64,000 nucleotides of DNA from Chrysomallon squamiferum (Eukaryota > Animalia > Mollusca): NCBI GenBank assembly GCA_012295275.1, contig CM022671.1:31744001-31808000 (forward strand), read 5' to 3'. Below, piece after piece: positions 43,560 through 56,900 of this stretch. Within the stretch, counting starts at the first letter, position 1, and every line of letters starts with the position of its first letter. The position numbers and the translations under genes were made by a program. A model generated the notes under the pieces. It made no database searches. It was not told the origin of the DNA and saw only the letters and a program-made list of their open reading frames with translations.

Positions 43560-46500
43560 TTAAATTTCAACTTCAGTCATCTGGGGAATTTTCTCATCCA
43601 GTAAGATCTGTGGACTGACGCTGTAGACTTTTTTCATTGGAGCTCCAACCATCAGGGATCCATTTTCATGGCTTCCAAAGGGTCCCACTTGGATCATTTC
43701 CCGCAGCCTCGAAGAATTGAGGATGTAAGAGTCCATAACATTGAGTGTTTGGCCAGCAACAATGTCTGGAAGCATCCTGAGAAAAAAATAAAAGTTAATA
43801 ATTAGCTGTAAAATATTACAATCTGAAATAACAGATATTGATTGTTGTCGTTTATTATTATTATTATTATAACATATATTAGGTTATTTTAGTAATTATT
43901 TTTGTGTAAGATGATGACATTTTTTTATTCTTTTAATTTTTTCTTTTTTTCTTATTTAATTTGTGTTTATTGACATAACTTAAAATTCAGGCTTAATGAT
44001 AAAAAAATAAAGAAGAGTAAAAATAAAACCAAATGGGCAAAGAAAAAAAAACAGCTAAAGAATTATGTATTTTAACTAAAATGATATTCGTATGTCATAT
44101 TTATAGTATCTGGATCAATAAAATAAATGTTTAGTCACTTGTTTCTGACAACTTTAATCTCACCTCAGATCTTGCATTTTGTTCTGCGAAGAATAAATGT
44201 TATGCCTTTTGTATTTCAGATAGTATCTGAATGAAGCAGCAGCAATGAGAGCCAAGACAATGAGACAAGACACAACAATCACAGCAATGATGACAGCAGA
44301 GAGACCAGAATCCACTTGTTGGTTAACAAGAACCTGAATGGTAATTGGATGACTGTAAGTATTATCTCCATCCTTAATGATGAAAGATACATTTGCTGAA
44401 CCAGTGAAATTTGGAATATGATACAGCCAGAGCTGCTGTTTAGATATAGTACCAGGTGTTCCTGCAAAAAAGTCTTCTGCATCATCTTGTTCTGAAGGTG
44501 ATGGAGTTAATGAAAAGTTCAGAATTGGTGACAGTTCTGGAAATTTCTGGATATATGAAAGACTATCATTAGCATCTGCATCTGTCATCCAGAAAGTGCC
44601 TACAAGATGTTTTGTTTTATCATTTGTGAGTTCTACCTCCACCAGTCTTTCTTCTGCAGAATTCAACAACAGACTGTCACTGGAACTTTGGAAAAACAGA
44701 GTTGGAGCATCATTGACATTGTCCACTATTATAGTGATAAATGCTGTAAGAGTGTGAGGCTTAGCACCTGGAACATTTATCACCTCAGTAGCAGATATTT
44801 CTATTTCATCAACACCAGTGAAATCCTGTTGAGGCATGTACTGCAACAATCCTTCAAGAGAAACATTGGCTGTGCCATGCTTCGGTTGAGTTTTTGTAGC
44901 AAATATTAGTTCATCTCCTTCAGCATCAACAAATTCAATCAAAGCCTTCAGAATAGTATCTTCTTTACCATCTACCTTTGTGGTGACAATAGAAGGAATG
45001 GAATTTTGAAGTTCAGGTCTAATGTCTACCACAATGAAATGTCTAGGAGAAGACAAATCTTGGGTACTTCGTTTCTGGTAGTCAGGCTTCCCAAACGATA
45101 ATGATGCTTGTGTGAAAGCTTTTTCACATACCTAACAAAAACACAGCTTGTTTAAAATGATAATAAATAGTATTTATAAAAAAAAATTATATTAATAAAA
45201 TGATATTTATAGGTCATATTTATAATACATGTAATAATAATAATATAAACAGCAAATACTCTTGTTTCAGTTTGCTAAACAGAAATGTGGATATTCATAT
45301 GCCAAAATTCAGTAATGACAACAATAACAATAATAACAATAATGCAATAATAATACAATAATAATAAAAATAACAATAATAACAGTAATAACAATAATAG
45401 TAATAATAAGAATAACAATGATAATTAATTAATAAATAGAACAATTACTTCAGTATGAAATGATTCAGCAGTCAGGATATTTTGGTTGTCCATACCACAA
45501 GGCTCCTGTATACTTCGCCATACCTGAGCATCTGCACATTAAATAATATAAAAATAATGCTACTAACATGATGTAGCTTAATACAAACAGTATATTAACA
45601 AAATATAATATTATTATAATGAATACTATAACAATTATCTGTTTTATTGTCATCAATTATTATTAAATTTATTATATAAATATTAGTTCTGTTTATAAGG
45701 CTCTTCTCTATAATATTATATTTAAGAATAAAATAAATTAGGATTTATAAAACAGGTTGACTATAATGAGAGAGCTGCAGATACTTTTATATAGTTTTAA
45801 TAATTTGGTAAATGAAATAAAGTTTGTGTACACAAAAATATCAGAAAGCTATAAAATTTTATTATCACTGCTGCTCAGAAAAAAAGAAAAAAAAAGGTTT
45901 TGGTTTCTAAGCTGTTCAAATTTCAGAATTTGAGATAGATGATTTTAAACCTGTAATTCAAAAAAACTTACGGTTATCCCAGTATATAAGAGTAGGTTCA
46001 AGTCCATGAGTTAAATTTGTTTTTTCCAGTTGCTTTGTCACATTTATTTTCTTTTTCAGTCTGATCTGGGGAACTGGGGCAAGGTAAAACATTGGTTTTT
46101 GTATTGATACAAGTCTAAAAAACAAAACAAAATAAAACTAGATCAATAATATTTATTAAATAATTTGTCATATTTAATGTTTCTGTATGTTTTCATCTGT
46201 ATATGTGCGAATGTACATATGTGTGTGCATGCATGTTGTATCTTTGTATATGTAAGGAGGCACAGTGGAAAGAAAAATGAAACAGAAAGAAGAAAAATAC
46301 ATTGAAAAAATTAAAATGTATGAATGTTAAAAAAAAGAAAAAAGAAAGAAAGAAAAAAGATGAAAATAATTAAAAGAAGAATTTAAAAGTAAAAGAATAA
46401 TAGAAAGGAAGAGAGAAAACTCACCTGTCATGGAGAAATCGTGACAGTTGTTCTGACGTCAGTTCTGGGTCTGCTACATAAGGGAGATAACCTGCAGAAG

Positions 46501-49500
46501 CTGTTGAACCATACAGGCTCTGTACATCTGACTTCTCTAGAACACCCACAGACAGATGACCATCATCAACTGAACAGAAAGAAAATTATTTCAGTAACAG
46601 AAAACAGATGTGTCTTGAATTACAAAACATTTACAGTTAAAAGCTAAATATTAAAGTACAAAATAAAATTATGAACAAACTAAATTGTAAGTTCAAAATA
46701 AAATTATGCAAAAACTAAATATAACTCTGAAATTAAAGAAACATATTTGTCTTGCAGATATTAAAAGAAATTGTTATTACTAATTATTTTGTTTTTGTAA
46801 TTACCTTCAAAATCTAATTCAAGCTCTGGTTTTTCACTCAAACTGGTGGAATCATTTTCTCTTAATTCTCCTCTGGTATTCACAGTGAGGTGTGTTTTTC
46901 CTGTCATCAGCAGTTTGTCTTTCACTCCTAAATTTTTAAAATTAATTTAAAAGGTAGGACCAGATTTAGTTAAATATAAATAAAACACTAAAAAAGAACA
47001 ACCCTGAAATTTACTTTTAGAACAATAATAATAATTTTAAAAAAAATGAAAAATATTCTGAAAAAAGACTGTAATTCAGTATTTATAAACTGATTTTGAT
47101 TTTTACAAATAGTTTTTTTTTTTTTTTTTTTTGTAGAATTTCAAAGAGCACTAAAACAAATAAATAAAACACTTATTTTATTATAATATTATATATAAAA
47201 TGTAATGCAAATAAGGACAAAATCAAATGACTTTTGAAACTCATCTGAAGCTATCAAATAATGAAATGGACATTCATGTTCAAACCTTAGAATCAAGTCA
47301 CACAATAAATTAATATTTTGGGAAGTCTTTAAGCCACAGCATGCTTTTCTAAATTAAAAACATCATAGTAATTCAAAGTGCCACTAATGTTGGGTCACAG
47401 TTATACATAAACAAATACAATAATAAAGAAAATTAAATATGTAGAGCCAAATATTGATAATACAAACTAAAGATGTAGAACTGTGTAGTGATAATTAAAA
47501 ACTATATATGAAGAACTGTATGGTGATACTAAAAACTAAATGTAGAACAATCTATTCATAATAAAAACTAAATATGTAGAACCATATACTGATAATAAAC
47601 AGTAAATTTGTAGAATCTTATAAAGATAATGAAAACTAAGTATGTAGAACTATATGTTGATAATAAAAACTAAATATGTAGAATCTTATATGTGATAATA
47701 AAAACTAAATATGTAGAATCGAATATTAATAATAAAAACTATATATATAGGACTATATATATATTGATAATAAAAAACAAAATATGTGGAATCTTATATG
47801 TGATAATAAAAACTAAATATGTAAAACCATGTATTGATAATAAAAAATAAATATGTAGAACTAAATATTGATAATAAAAACTAAATATATAGGACCATAT
47901 ATTGATAATGAAAACTAACTGTAGATCCTCCATATGTTGATATTAATCTGGACACTTACTTTTAATACATGATGGTTTTACATGGATCTCACTGTACAAA
48001 TGTGATCTGCTCATAGCATAAAGTGACTGGTATACACAGCGACCAGGCTCTAACATGAAGTGACTTTTTTTCTTTGGTGGTTTCTCTTTTTCCATGTTTG
48101 TCATTGTCCGTTCAAAGAAGTCTGCAAGTCCAGGATTCTTGTCAGAACCATCAAGTCTCATTTCACCATTCACAATTCCAACATAGCTCGTTTCTTTTTC
48201 ACCAATTCTCACCAAAGGGAAAATGTCTTGTGTTTCACTGGAACTGCCAATTTTCCATTCTGAAAAATTGTAAATTGTTCTTGATAACTGTTATAGTTTG
48301 TAAATGTGTGTTTCTGTGTGTGTCTGAACAAATACAGAGACAGCTATTATAATGTCAATGAAAAGTAAAATCTGTAATCTAAAAGAAACAACTTAAAAAA
48401 AAAAATGTTATATATATATTTTACGAATATAAATTTTACAAAATGAAATATTTTACTAAATGTAAATATTACAAAAGGAAATATTTTAGTAACTATAAAT
48501 TTTACAAAATGAAATTTGAGATCATTTGCAACATTACAATAAAATTTCAGTTTAAAGAGTATCATTTATGAAAAAAGCATATTAAAAAAGAAAATATTTA
48601 CCATAATATTCAGCACCTACGATACTGTTATTATCCCATGCTAGTCCAATTCTGTCTGTGTACTCTGTAATGACAACTGATCCATTAGTAAAATTTGAAC
48701 TTTCAGAAAACAAGGACATGACTTTTGCATTACTTGTATCAGGTGAATTTATGTCCATTGTAAAGTTGCACGACTTCATGCTGCTTTGTCCAGCTCCATT
48801 TTGTACTTTAACATTCACAAAATATTTGTGGCTATGAATTAGTTTACCATCAAGATTTCTGATAACTAAAGATTTGTTTGATGGAACAAATATGTCTGGC
48901 TGGATATCCTGTTTCCCTAAATCTGTTCCAATGCTTACAAATGTAGAGACAATTCCACTGACATCTTCTCCAGCTTCCCATTTCACACTGACAGAGTTTT
49001 TGTTTCCTAGAAACTGAACTGCTTCATCTGAAGAATAATCGGGGTCCAAGCATTTTACATATTCAATGTTTGGTGGAGAAGTGTCAACCAACACAGCGTC
49101 TGACTTGGAATAGGTCACCAAGCCAGCATAGTTTTCAACTCTGATGTCCACAAAGTATGTAGAGAGTTTAAAATCTTGGAAAGCTTTGGAAGAGTTCACT
49201 TTTGTTTCATTAGTTTGAACATCATCACTGGCTGATGCCAGAGTGAGATTCTGAAGATCTAGTGTAATTGGAAGAATGCCTTCAGGAAGCTTGCATGTGT
49301 CTAGACAACTAGACTCACATGATTTGTCACATAAACGACAAAATATAGAATACACTTGGAAAGGTACAATATTTGCAGTCTCATTCTTAGTGTCAGACAA
49401 TCCAATTGATATCTCTTTAAGTCCACTTTCAAGATCATAAAATGGAGCTCCATAAACACACAGAGGTTTTTCCTGTTTTGGAATCCTGATACTTTTAACA

Positions 49501-50726
49501 AAAGCTTTAGTTTTAAATGGCTCAAATGGGTCAGTAACTGGTGGAATGTAATGATGGATGTTCCAGGTAAAGATGTTCAAAGAAATGTCATTGTTCAGTA
49601 CCAAACCACTAAATGATGCTTTCTCCAGCCCATTCAGAAAAAATGTCACATCCCAGCTGGACATGAAATAAACAGATTTGTTATACAGCATGAATTTGAC
49701 TTCACTGCTGTCAGTTTGGGGATCTAATTCTAGTGTCTGAGTATGAAAGTTGAATCTATCCTGGACCCAAATGATTACTTCTTGTGCACTGTTTACACTG
49801 TCTGATAGTTTCATGAAAACACCAAAGTTAAAACCATGATTTACAAATGGAGTGCAGTCTGAGGCATTATCAGAACATTGTGCAAATTTTGCAAGCAAAA
49901 CATCCACAAACTGGTTCGGGTGAATGTAATTATCTTCAGACATGTAATTAATTCCTGTGAGAATATTTTTCCCCAGAGCTGGTTTTATGTTCACAGAGTA
50001 ATTTCCACCAGTCAGCTTTAAGTGTTTAGAAATCACTGCCCCTTTTTCTATCAGTTTCAAAGTGGAGTCATGTTGCATCACCAAATGAATTTGATCAGAT
50101 TCCATAACTACACTGCCATTTGAAAATTCTTCATCATCAAGGAATTCAACTGCATCTGGAATAATGTAACTTTCACACTCAGTGTGACTTTTGTCATGTG
50201 AAACAATCAAGGTGGCTTGGATAGAATCATTGTTTCTCTGGAAATATACTGGATGTTTCCAGTCACTTCCTGGATGAACCGAGCCAGAAGAAGGTGGGGA
50301 TTCATCTAATTTAATTGGTTTTGACTGAACCAGAGTTTTAAGAGCAGCTGGGTTGTGTGCCTCCACTGAAATATAGTATACCTGATTTACTTCTAGTAAT
50401 ATATTATTAAAAACAGTTTTATTATCGTGTTCCACATTTTGTCTTTCTATTTCTTTTCTTGTGTCACTGATCACTGGTCCACCATCAGTGCACAGTTCTC
50501 CTTCTATAATCACAGTGTAAAATTCAATGCCACTTTCCTCATCTTGAAAACCATGAAGATAAACAACAAGTTCGTTTGGTACATTTACATACATCACTTC
50601 TTCATCAACTGCTCCTTGTATCTGAATATTACCAGCTGTTGGCGGAGTTGTGTCAACAACAATGGAGTGACTTCCCATCAAGAGGCAGATACCAGACTAG
50701 CACACATGTAACTGAACGAAGCAGCA
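43560..50726 (-). CDS. C-terminal about 1360 aa of a giant uncharacterised type I membrane protein (DxTPP FN3/Ig-like repeats, cadherin/Ig-like domains, TM helix, tail); 5' end lost in the gap
   Basis: Exons 48602-50726, 47960-48259, 46805-46927, 46425-46569 (YGSTASAGYLPYVADP), 45972-46114, 45449-45531, 44164-45131 (DAEGD, YMPQQDFTGVD, NVNDAP; TM AVIIAVIVVSCLIVLALIAAASF) and 43560-43776 (ends TEVEI*). All are GT-AG with matching phases. The frame is broken only within about 30 nt of the contig edge. Confidence 0.88.
47425..47945. repeat. Intronic minisatellite, about 34-35 bp unit, roughly 15 copies
   Basis: Unit similar to gataataaaaactaaatatgtagaaccatatatt, repeated head to tail up to the donor of exon 47960-48259. 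Confidence 0.9.
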
Positions 50727-50926
50727 NNNNNNNNNNNNNNNNNNNNNNNNNNNNNNNNNNNNNNNNNNNNNNNNNNNNNNNNNNNNNNNNNNNNNNNNNN
50801 NNNNNNNNNNNNNNNNNNNNNNNNNNNNNNNNNNNNNNNNNNNNNNNNNNNNNNNNNNNNNNNNNNNNNNNNNNNNNNNNNNNNNNNNNNNNNNNNNNNN
50901 NNNNNNNNNNNNNNNNNNNNNNNNNN
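50727..50926. other. Assembly gap (200 N)
   Basis: Run of exactly 200 N, typical of a nominal scaffolding gap of unknown true size. Confidence 0.99.
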
Positions 50927-53900
50927 TCAAACTCTGTCAGGATTTTCCAGTGGTACCTTGCCAAACATGAGCATGGTTATCAACAGTTAACATCAGTAAA
51001 CACCATCACCAAACAAATAAGAGTTTCAGAGGTAACTTTGTGCTTATTGTTTGTTTTGTAACAAAATTAATTTAAAAATGAAAAAAATAATAATATGCAA
51101 TTATAAAATGAAATTAATGATGTGTCACGGCATAATTAATTTGTAATGATCACAATTATATCAGCAAGAAAGCCAATATCCAATTTAAAATTTGTATTTA
51201 CTTCTTTCTTTTTAATTCATTTCTGCGTCAATAACTTAGATAAGCAAGATAATTAAAAATATTGTCTTTGAAAGTGTGTACTAATTATTTTTTTATTTTT
51301 TTTGTCTTTTTAGGAAGACAACTGTGTTCCTTTGATGGTGCACAGTTTTCAGGATCTGTTCATCTGTGCTAAAGTATTCTGTACATCAGGATTTTCAGAC
51401 ATAATTTGTACATCTGTAAAACTTGAACAAGATATCCACGTATATAAAACACATGTCATCTATGACATTGATTTAAATGATTTCAATGTTGATAAAGCTT
51501 CTAATCTGGTAAAAAGTCAGTATCTTGATAAGGACAGTTTGAAATATCTTCATCACAAAGAGATCAATTTTGTGACAAGTGACACCATAATTGGAGCTGT
51601 GTTGACAAACTCTTCCAACAGGAATGTTACCTGGTACCTTACAACAAACAGTTCTCTTCCACTTGACTGTAATTCTGATGACACGTGTATCTCAAAGCTT
51701 CACACAGTCGGTGGTGTAGCAGACTTCAGAAGTGTACATTTACAAAACCAGAAACTTTACTTCATTTGTGCACACATCCAGGCCTCTGTTGTCACCAGAG
51801 AATTTTCTGCAGAAAAACTGGAATCATTTTCAGGCTGCAGCAATGGTTTTGTTGTAGATGATGATCCACCAGAACCAGGCCGGGTTGACATTGCAGGACA
51901 AAACAATGGGTTCATGATACAACAAACAACACTGTATGCAACTTGGAGAGGTTTCTCTGATGTTGAGAAATATCTCACAATTCCTTCTGCATCAGGAATT
52001 GCTGGATATGCCATTGCTGTTGGTAAGAATTGATGAATTTATTATAATTTTAATAGTGTTTAGTATAGAAATTAAAAGTTTCTAAATGTCCTGTATAAGT
52101 TAAAACATAATATGAAATTACCTGTATATTATTTTTTTATAAATTTTTTTTTTTTTTGATTTTTAATAAATGAGTTTAAGAAATTTAAAAAATCTGATAC
52201 AGAACATGGAATAATGAAATTTATTCATCTATCAGTTTTATCCTAATATCATAATCATTGTAAATTCCTAATATTTTTTTATATTTTAGATCATTATTTT
52301 TCTCTGATGTTTTCTTGACAAAATATTTAGGTTAAATGTTGCCAAATCTGTTTTATATAATTTTTGTATTGGTCATTTCAAGAACTGGACATATGTTCTG
52401 AAACATAACATTTACACTTACTTATAATTATAATTATAAATGATTCATATTGTCTTATTTCTTCAGTTCTCTTTTTCAGGAACTCTTCCAAATTCAGAAG
52501 ATGTTATTTCATTTTATAGTGTTGGTATGGCAAGTAGTCACCTGATACAAAATCTTAAACTTGTCAATGGACAAATCTACTACATCACTGTCAAAGGTTT
52601 ATAATTCCCATCCAGTTTTTAAATAATTTTTTTACAAAATTTTCATGATTTTCAATGCTGCTTTAGTAAACAAATTTAGTATTTCAGAATGACAGTTCAT
52701 TCATTCATTGACAAAATAAAATACTTAAATTAAAATTCAGATTTTTTTTTTTTTTACATAATTATTTTGTCTTTTAAAAATCATAGCAGTGAAAAGTTCA
52801 GGACAGAAATTTTGTTTTGATATTTAGTTATTTTTATTTTAGAAAACATTTGCTTACTATATCTTCAATTCACTATTTAAATTAAAATTTTAGTTTGTTC
52901 ATTTTTATTTTTACATTTGTAACGTTTCTATTATTAATAATATATATATATTTTTATATATTGTTTTTATTAACCCATATCACTATAAAGAAAAACATTT
53001 TTTTCATATTTTTATTATTTTAAAACTATGTTAATAATAAAATATGAATTACCTTTCTCCAGCATCTGACTACCTTGGACACACATCAACTTCGGTCTCT
53101 GAAGGAGTTTTGGTAGATACAACACCTCCTGTTCCAGGTACAGTAGATATAGAGGGACTTCTCTTCCATCAGCATTTTCTACCATGGAATGAATTTACAA
53201 TACAGTGGCATGGTTTTGAAGACCTAGAAAGTGGGCTGGTTGATGTTAGACTGGATATTGGTTCTGTTGATCATAAATACGATGTAACTGTTTTGAAGAA
53301 GTACACTGACAGTTTTGCTCATATTAGTGAATCACAATTTACTGATGGACATCAGTATCAGATTAGATTTGAGGTGAGGAACTGTTTGTTTTGATTATTT
53401 GTTTGTTTTATTTGATTGTTTGGTTTATTTCTTTTAATAATTTACTTAGTAAAATAGTCGCTTATTTATTTATATTTTTTATCAAATTATTTATCTATTA
53501 ATTTATTTCATTTATTTGATGGTTAAATTTTTAAATTTATCTATGTTTTATTTAGTTAAAAATAATTCATTTATTTATTTGCTTAATGATTTTATCTTTT
53601 ATTTTATTTTAAAACTACATTATCCTGACAAAAAATTCATTTTCAAAAGTTAAATCAGTGTATTCCATTTATATAACAGTCCCTTAAGGACATGCACACT
53701 ATTCAATTATATATGTTATAATATTTTATATAGAATATTATGGTTCATTATTAATGTTGTTGTTGTTATTTTTATTATAATCATTACCATTATTTTTATC
53801 ATTATATCTACCACTATTATGGTTATTATATTTGTTATTATTATTGTTGTTTATTATTACTCTTATTATTTTATTATTATTATTATTACTATTATTACTA

Positions 53901-56900
53901 TTATTATTATTATTATATTACTTTTACTATTATTATTATAAATTATTATATGAGATATAATATGACTATAGACTATTAATTTTTTTCAGGTTCTTCTTTA
54001 ACTTGTTGGTAATAATAGTTCATTATGTATATCAGTATTCTTCTAAATTATGTCTGATACTCATTTTCAGGTAAGAAATCAAGCAGGATTATCTACAGTT
54101 CAACATACAGTTCCATTTGTCATTGACACTTCACCCCCTGACACTGGTGTTGTCAGAGATGGTCATCAAAGTGAGAAGGTATTTAACTGGGTTTTTTTGT
54201 GTATTTCAACATGTTAATGATTATTAAAAGGCAACTGATTTCAGCGCTGATTCCAGAATGGAAACCAGGTGCTGCAGAAAATGTATAGTTTACTTCTTGT
54301 TGATCAACATATAAGAATTTTTACATATACATTTTATAATTTAGGGAGAAAGATTTGGAAATTTCTTTTGTTTGTTTAACCTAAAAGTCTTGTTAAGAGA
54401 GCATCACAGAAAAAAACAAACGTATTATCTAAAATAAAATATCTAAAAATATTCATATTAATAGGATATAGATTACCAGTCAAATCTCAACACCTATCAC
54501 TGTCACTGGTCGGGATTCAGAGATGCTCATTCAGGTATTGCTGGCTACCAGGTGGCTCTTGGTTCAAATCCACTTGATGATGATGTGGCACCTTTAGTGT
54601 CTGTTGGCCTCCGTACAAGTAAGTATACAAGTGATTTACTCTACTATCTCCTGTTTTATATTTTTACAATTTTAAATTTATCTATTTATTTGTTTGTTTG
54701 TTTTATTTGTCTGATGGTTTTAGTTTCTTATTTAACATTTTCATATATTTATTTATTCATCCATTCATTCATTTAGTTATTTTAGTTATTTATTCACTTA
54801 TGTCTTATTTGTAAGTGTACTCATTTTTCTTTATTCAATTTATTTCTATTTTTTAGTTACAATATGAATGTTTAATTTTTTTCTTTTCTTTTTTGTTTAT
54901 TTATTTATTTAATGTTTTATTTATTATAGACTTCACATGGACAATGTCATTTATTCCTGGTAAGAAATACTATGTAAAAGTTAAAGCTTGTAACCAGGCG
55001 GGTCTGTGTATGGAGACATCGTCAGATGGACTCATCATGGACAACACACCACCTTTATCAGGTCAAGTGTTTGCTGGATACAAACAAAATCACCAGCACT
55101 ACGTCAATCAAAGGTAAAACTATATATTTCCTAATAACATACCTGAATATTACACTGATAAGTGTTCAATTGATGTGCATGAAACAGTCATGTGGTGTTC
55201 TTTATTAAAATAATTACAGTTCTACTTTAGTAGTAGTAGTAGTAGTAGTAATGGTGGTGGAGATAACTGTTGTTGCAGTAGTAGTTGTAGCAGTACTTAT
55301 TACTAGTAATAATATTTATAGTAGCATGATGTAGGTAGTAGCGGTAATGCTGGTGGTAGAGATGTAGTAGTTGTATCAGTAGTAATATAGCTGTGTCAAT
55401 GCTGTCAGTTTAATGTTGATAATAACAAGATAATACCAACAACAACAAAATAATATTAACAGCAGTGTGAAAAACAATAGTGTTATAATAATACTTAATA
55501 ATAACGGTAGAATTCTTATAAAAGGAAAACAACAATTAATGAAAAGATCTGCATTACTGCATTTGCACTGAGATAAAATAAGAAGGAAAAAAATGTTTCA
55601 TAAGTACAATTTTCTTCTCTTTTTTTTATATATATATTTTCTTATTTTTAATTTTTTTCTTCTTCCTGCAGATCTTCACTCTCAGGCCACTGGCAAGGAT
55701 TTGAAGATCCAGAGTCAGAAATTAAACACTTTGAATGGTGTCTCGGTTATCAATCCTATCAATGTAATCTAACATCTTTTGAAAACACACAGCTGTCAGA
55801 TACATTTCTAAAAACTGGACTTCAGTTACCAGTTTCTGTTCCACTGCACATCACTGTGAGAGCAACAAACAATGCTGGCTTACAGTCTGTGTCATCATCT
55901 GATGCTTTCATTGTAGACAACACCACACCTGAAGTAATACAGTGTCCACACTTTGTAGCTCCTAATTTAAACCAAACACAAAATACTTCTGTACAGTCAG
56001 ATAATTCTTTATTGCATGTAGCCTGGAGGTTTGATGACAGAGAAAGTCCAATTGTAAAACACATTGTTACATTAAAAACACACCATGAGAGTAAAGTTTC
56101 ATTAGAGAGAAAAGAGATAGGAGCAGAACATGAACAGATATTAACATTCAGTAAAATCAACCGACTCAGAAGTGGTGATGTTTACTCCTTGTCAGTTACT
56201 GGTTGCAACCAGGCAGGTTTGTGCACTACAGCTCACAGTGAAGATCTGTTAATAGACTCCACTCCTCCTCAGCTGGGTGGATTCAAGAACCCACTGACAT
56301 GGGAACATGTACAAAGTAAAAATAAGACCCTGACACAGGTTAATTTAACATGGTATGGTTTTTCTGATTCTGAATCAAAAATCATTCAGTATCATCTAAC
56401 AGTGAGCAGATCTTACGATGGATCTGAACTGTCAAAGGGAATAACACATATATCACCGTCATTCAGTTCTGAAGACCAGTCTGTCTCTGTTTCACTTTCT
56501 GACCAACTAAAAAACGGTGAAAACATTATTCTCTCAATCCGTGCTGAAAATGCTGTGGGTTTAATAACAGAGTTTAGTAAACTAACTGTCACAGTTATTG
56601 CTTCAGATCAGGAAGCTGATAAAGGTTTACTGGAGATTCAGAGACATTCCTGTGACATCCATTACTGCTCTAAGGACTGTACGTGTGCCATTGTTGGCAG
56701 AACCTGTGAACAAACAGATGTCCTAGAGCCTTGTGTAAACATACAACTGCTGACAGACACTGACAAATACCCAGAAATAAAGATCAGCAGTCTTCTTAAA
56801 ACTGATGGCAGTCGATACTATACCACATCAACTTCCTGTCTTTCAGCAAACTGGGAACTTGAAGCGACTGCTCTTCCCAACATAAAAAGATTTCAGTGGA

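Noticed and set aside
47425-47945. CRISPR-like periodicity of about 35 bp
   Set aside because: The units are contiguous with no unique spacers, the context is a eukaryotic intron, and there are no cas genes.
50690-50726. In-frame TAG/frameshift at the start of the 699-aa ORF, suggesting a pseudogene
   Set aside because: It is within about 30 nt of a contig end where quality is low, and the remaining 4 kb of spliced CDS is intact.
50576-51061. ORFs spanning the N run
   Set aside because: They are artefacts of translating through the gap.
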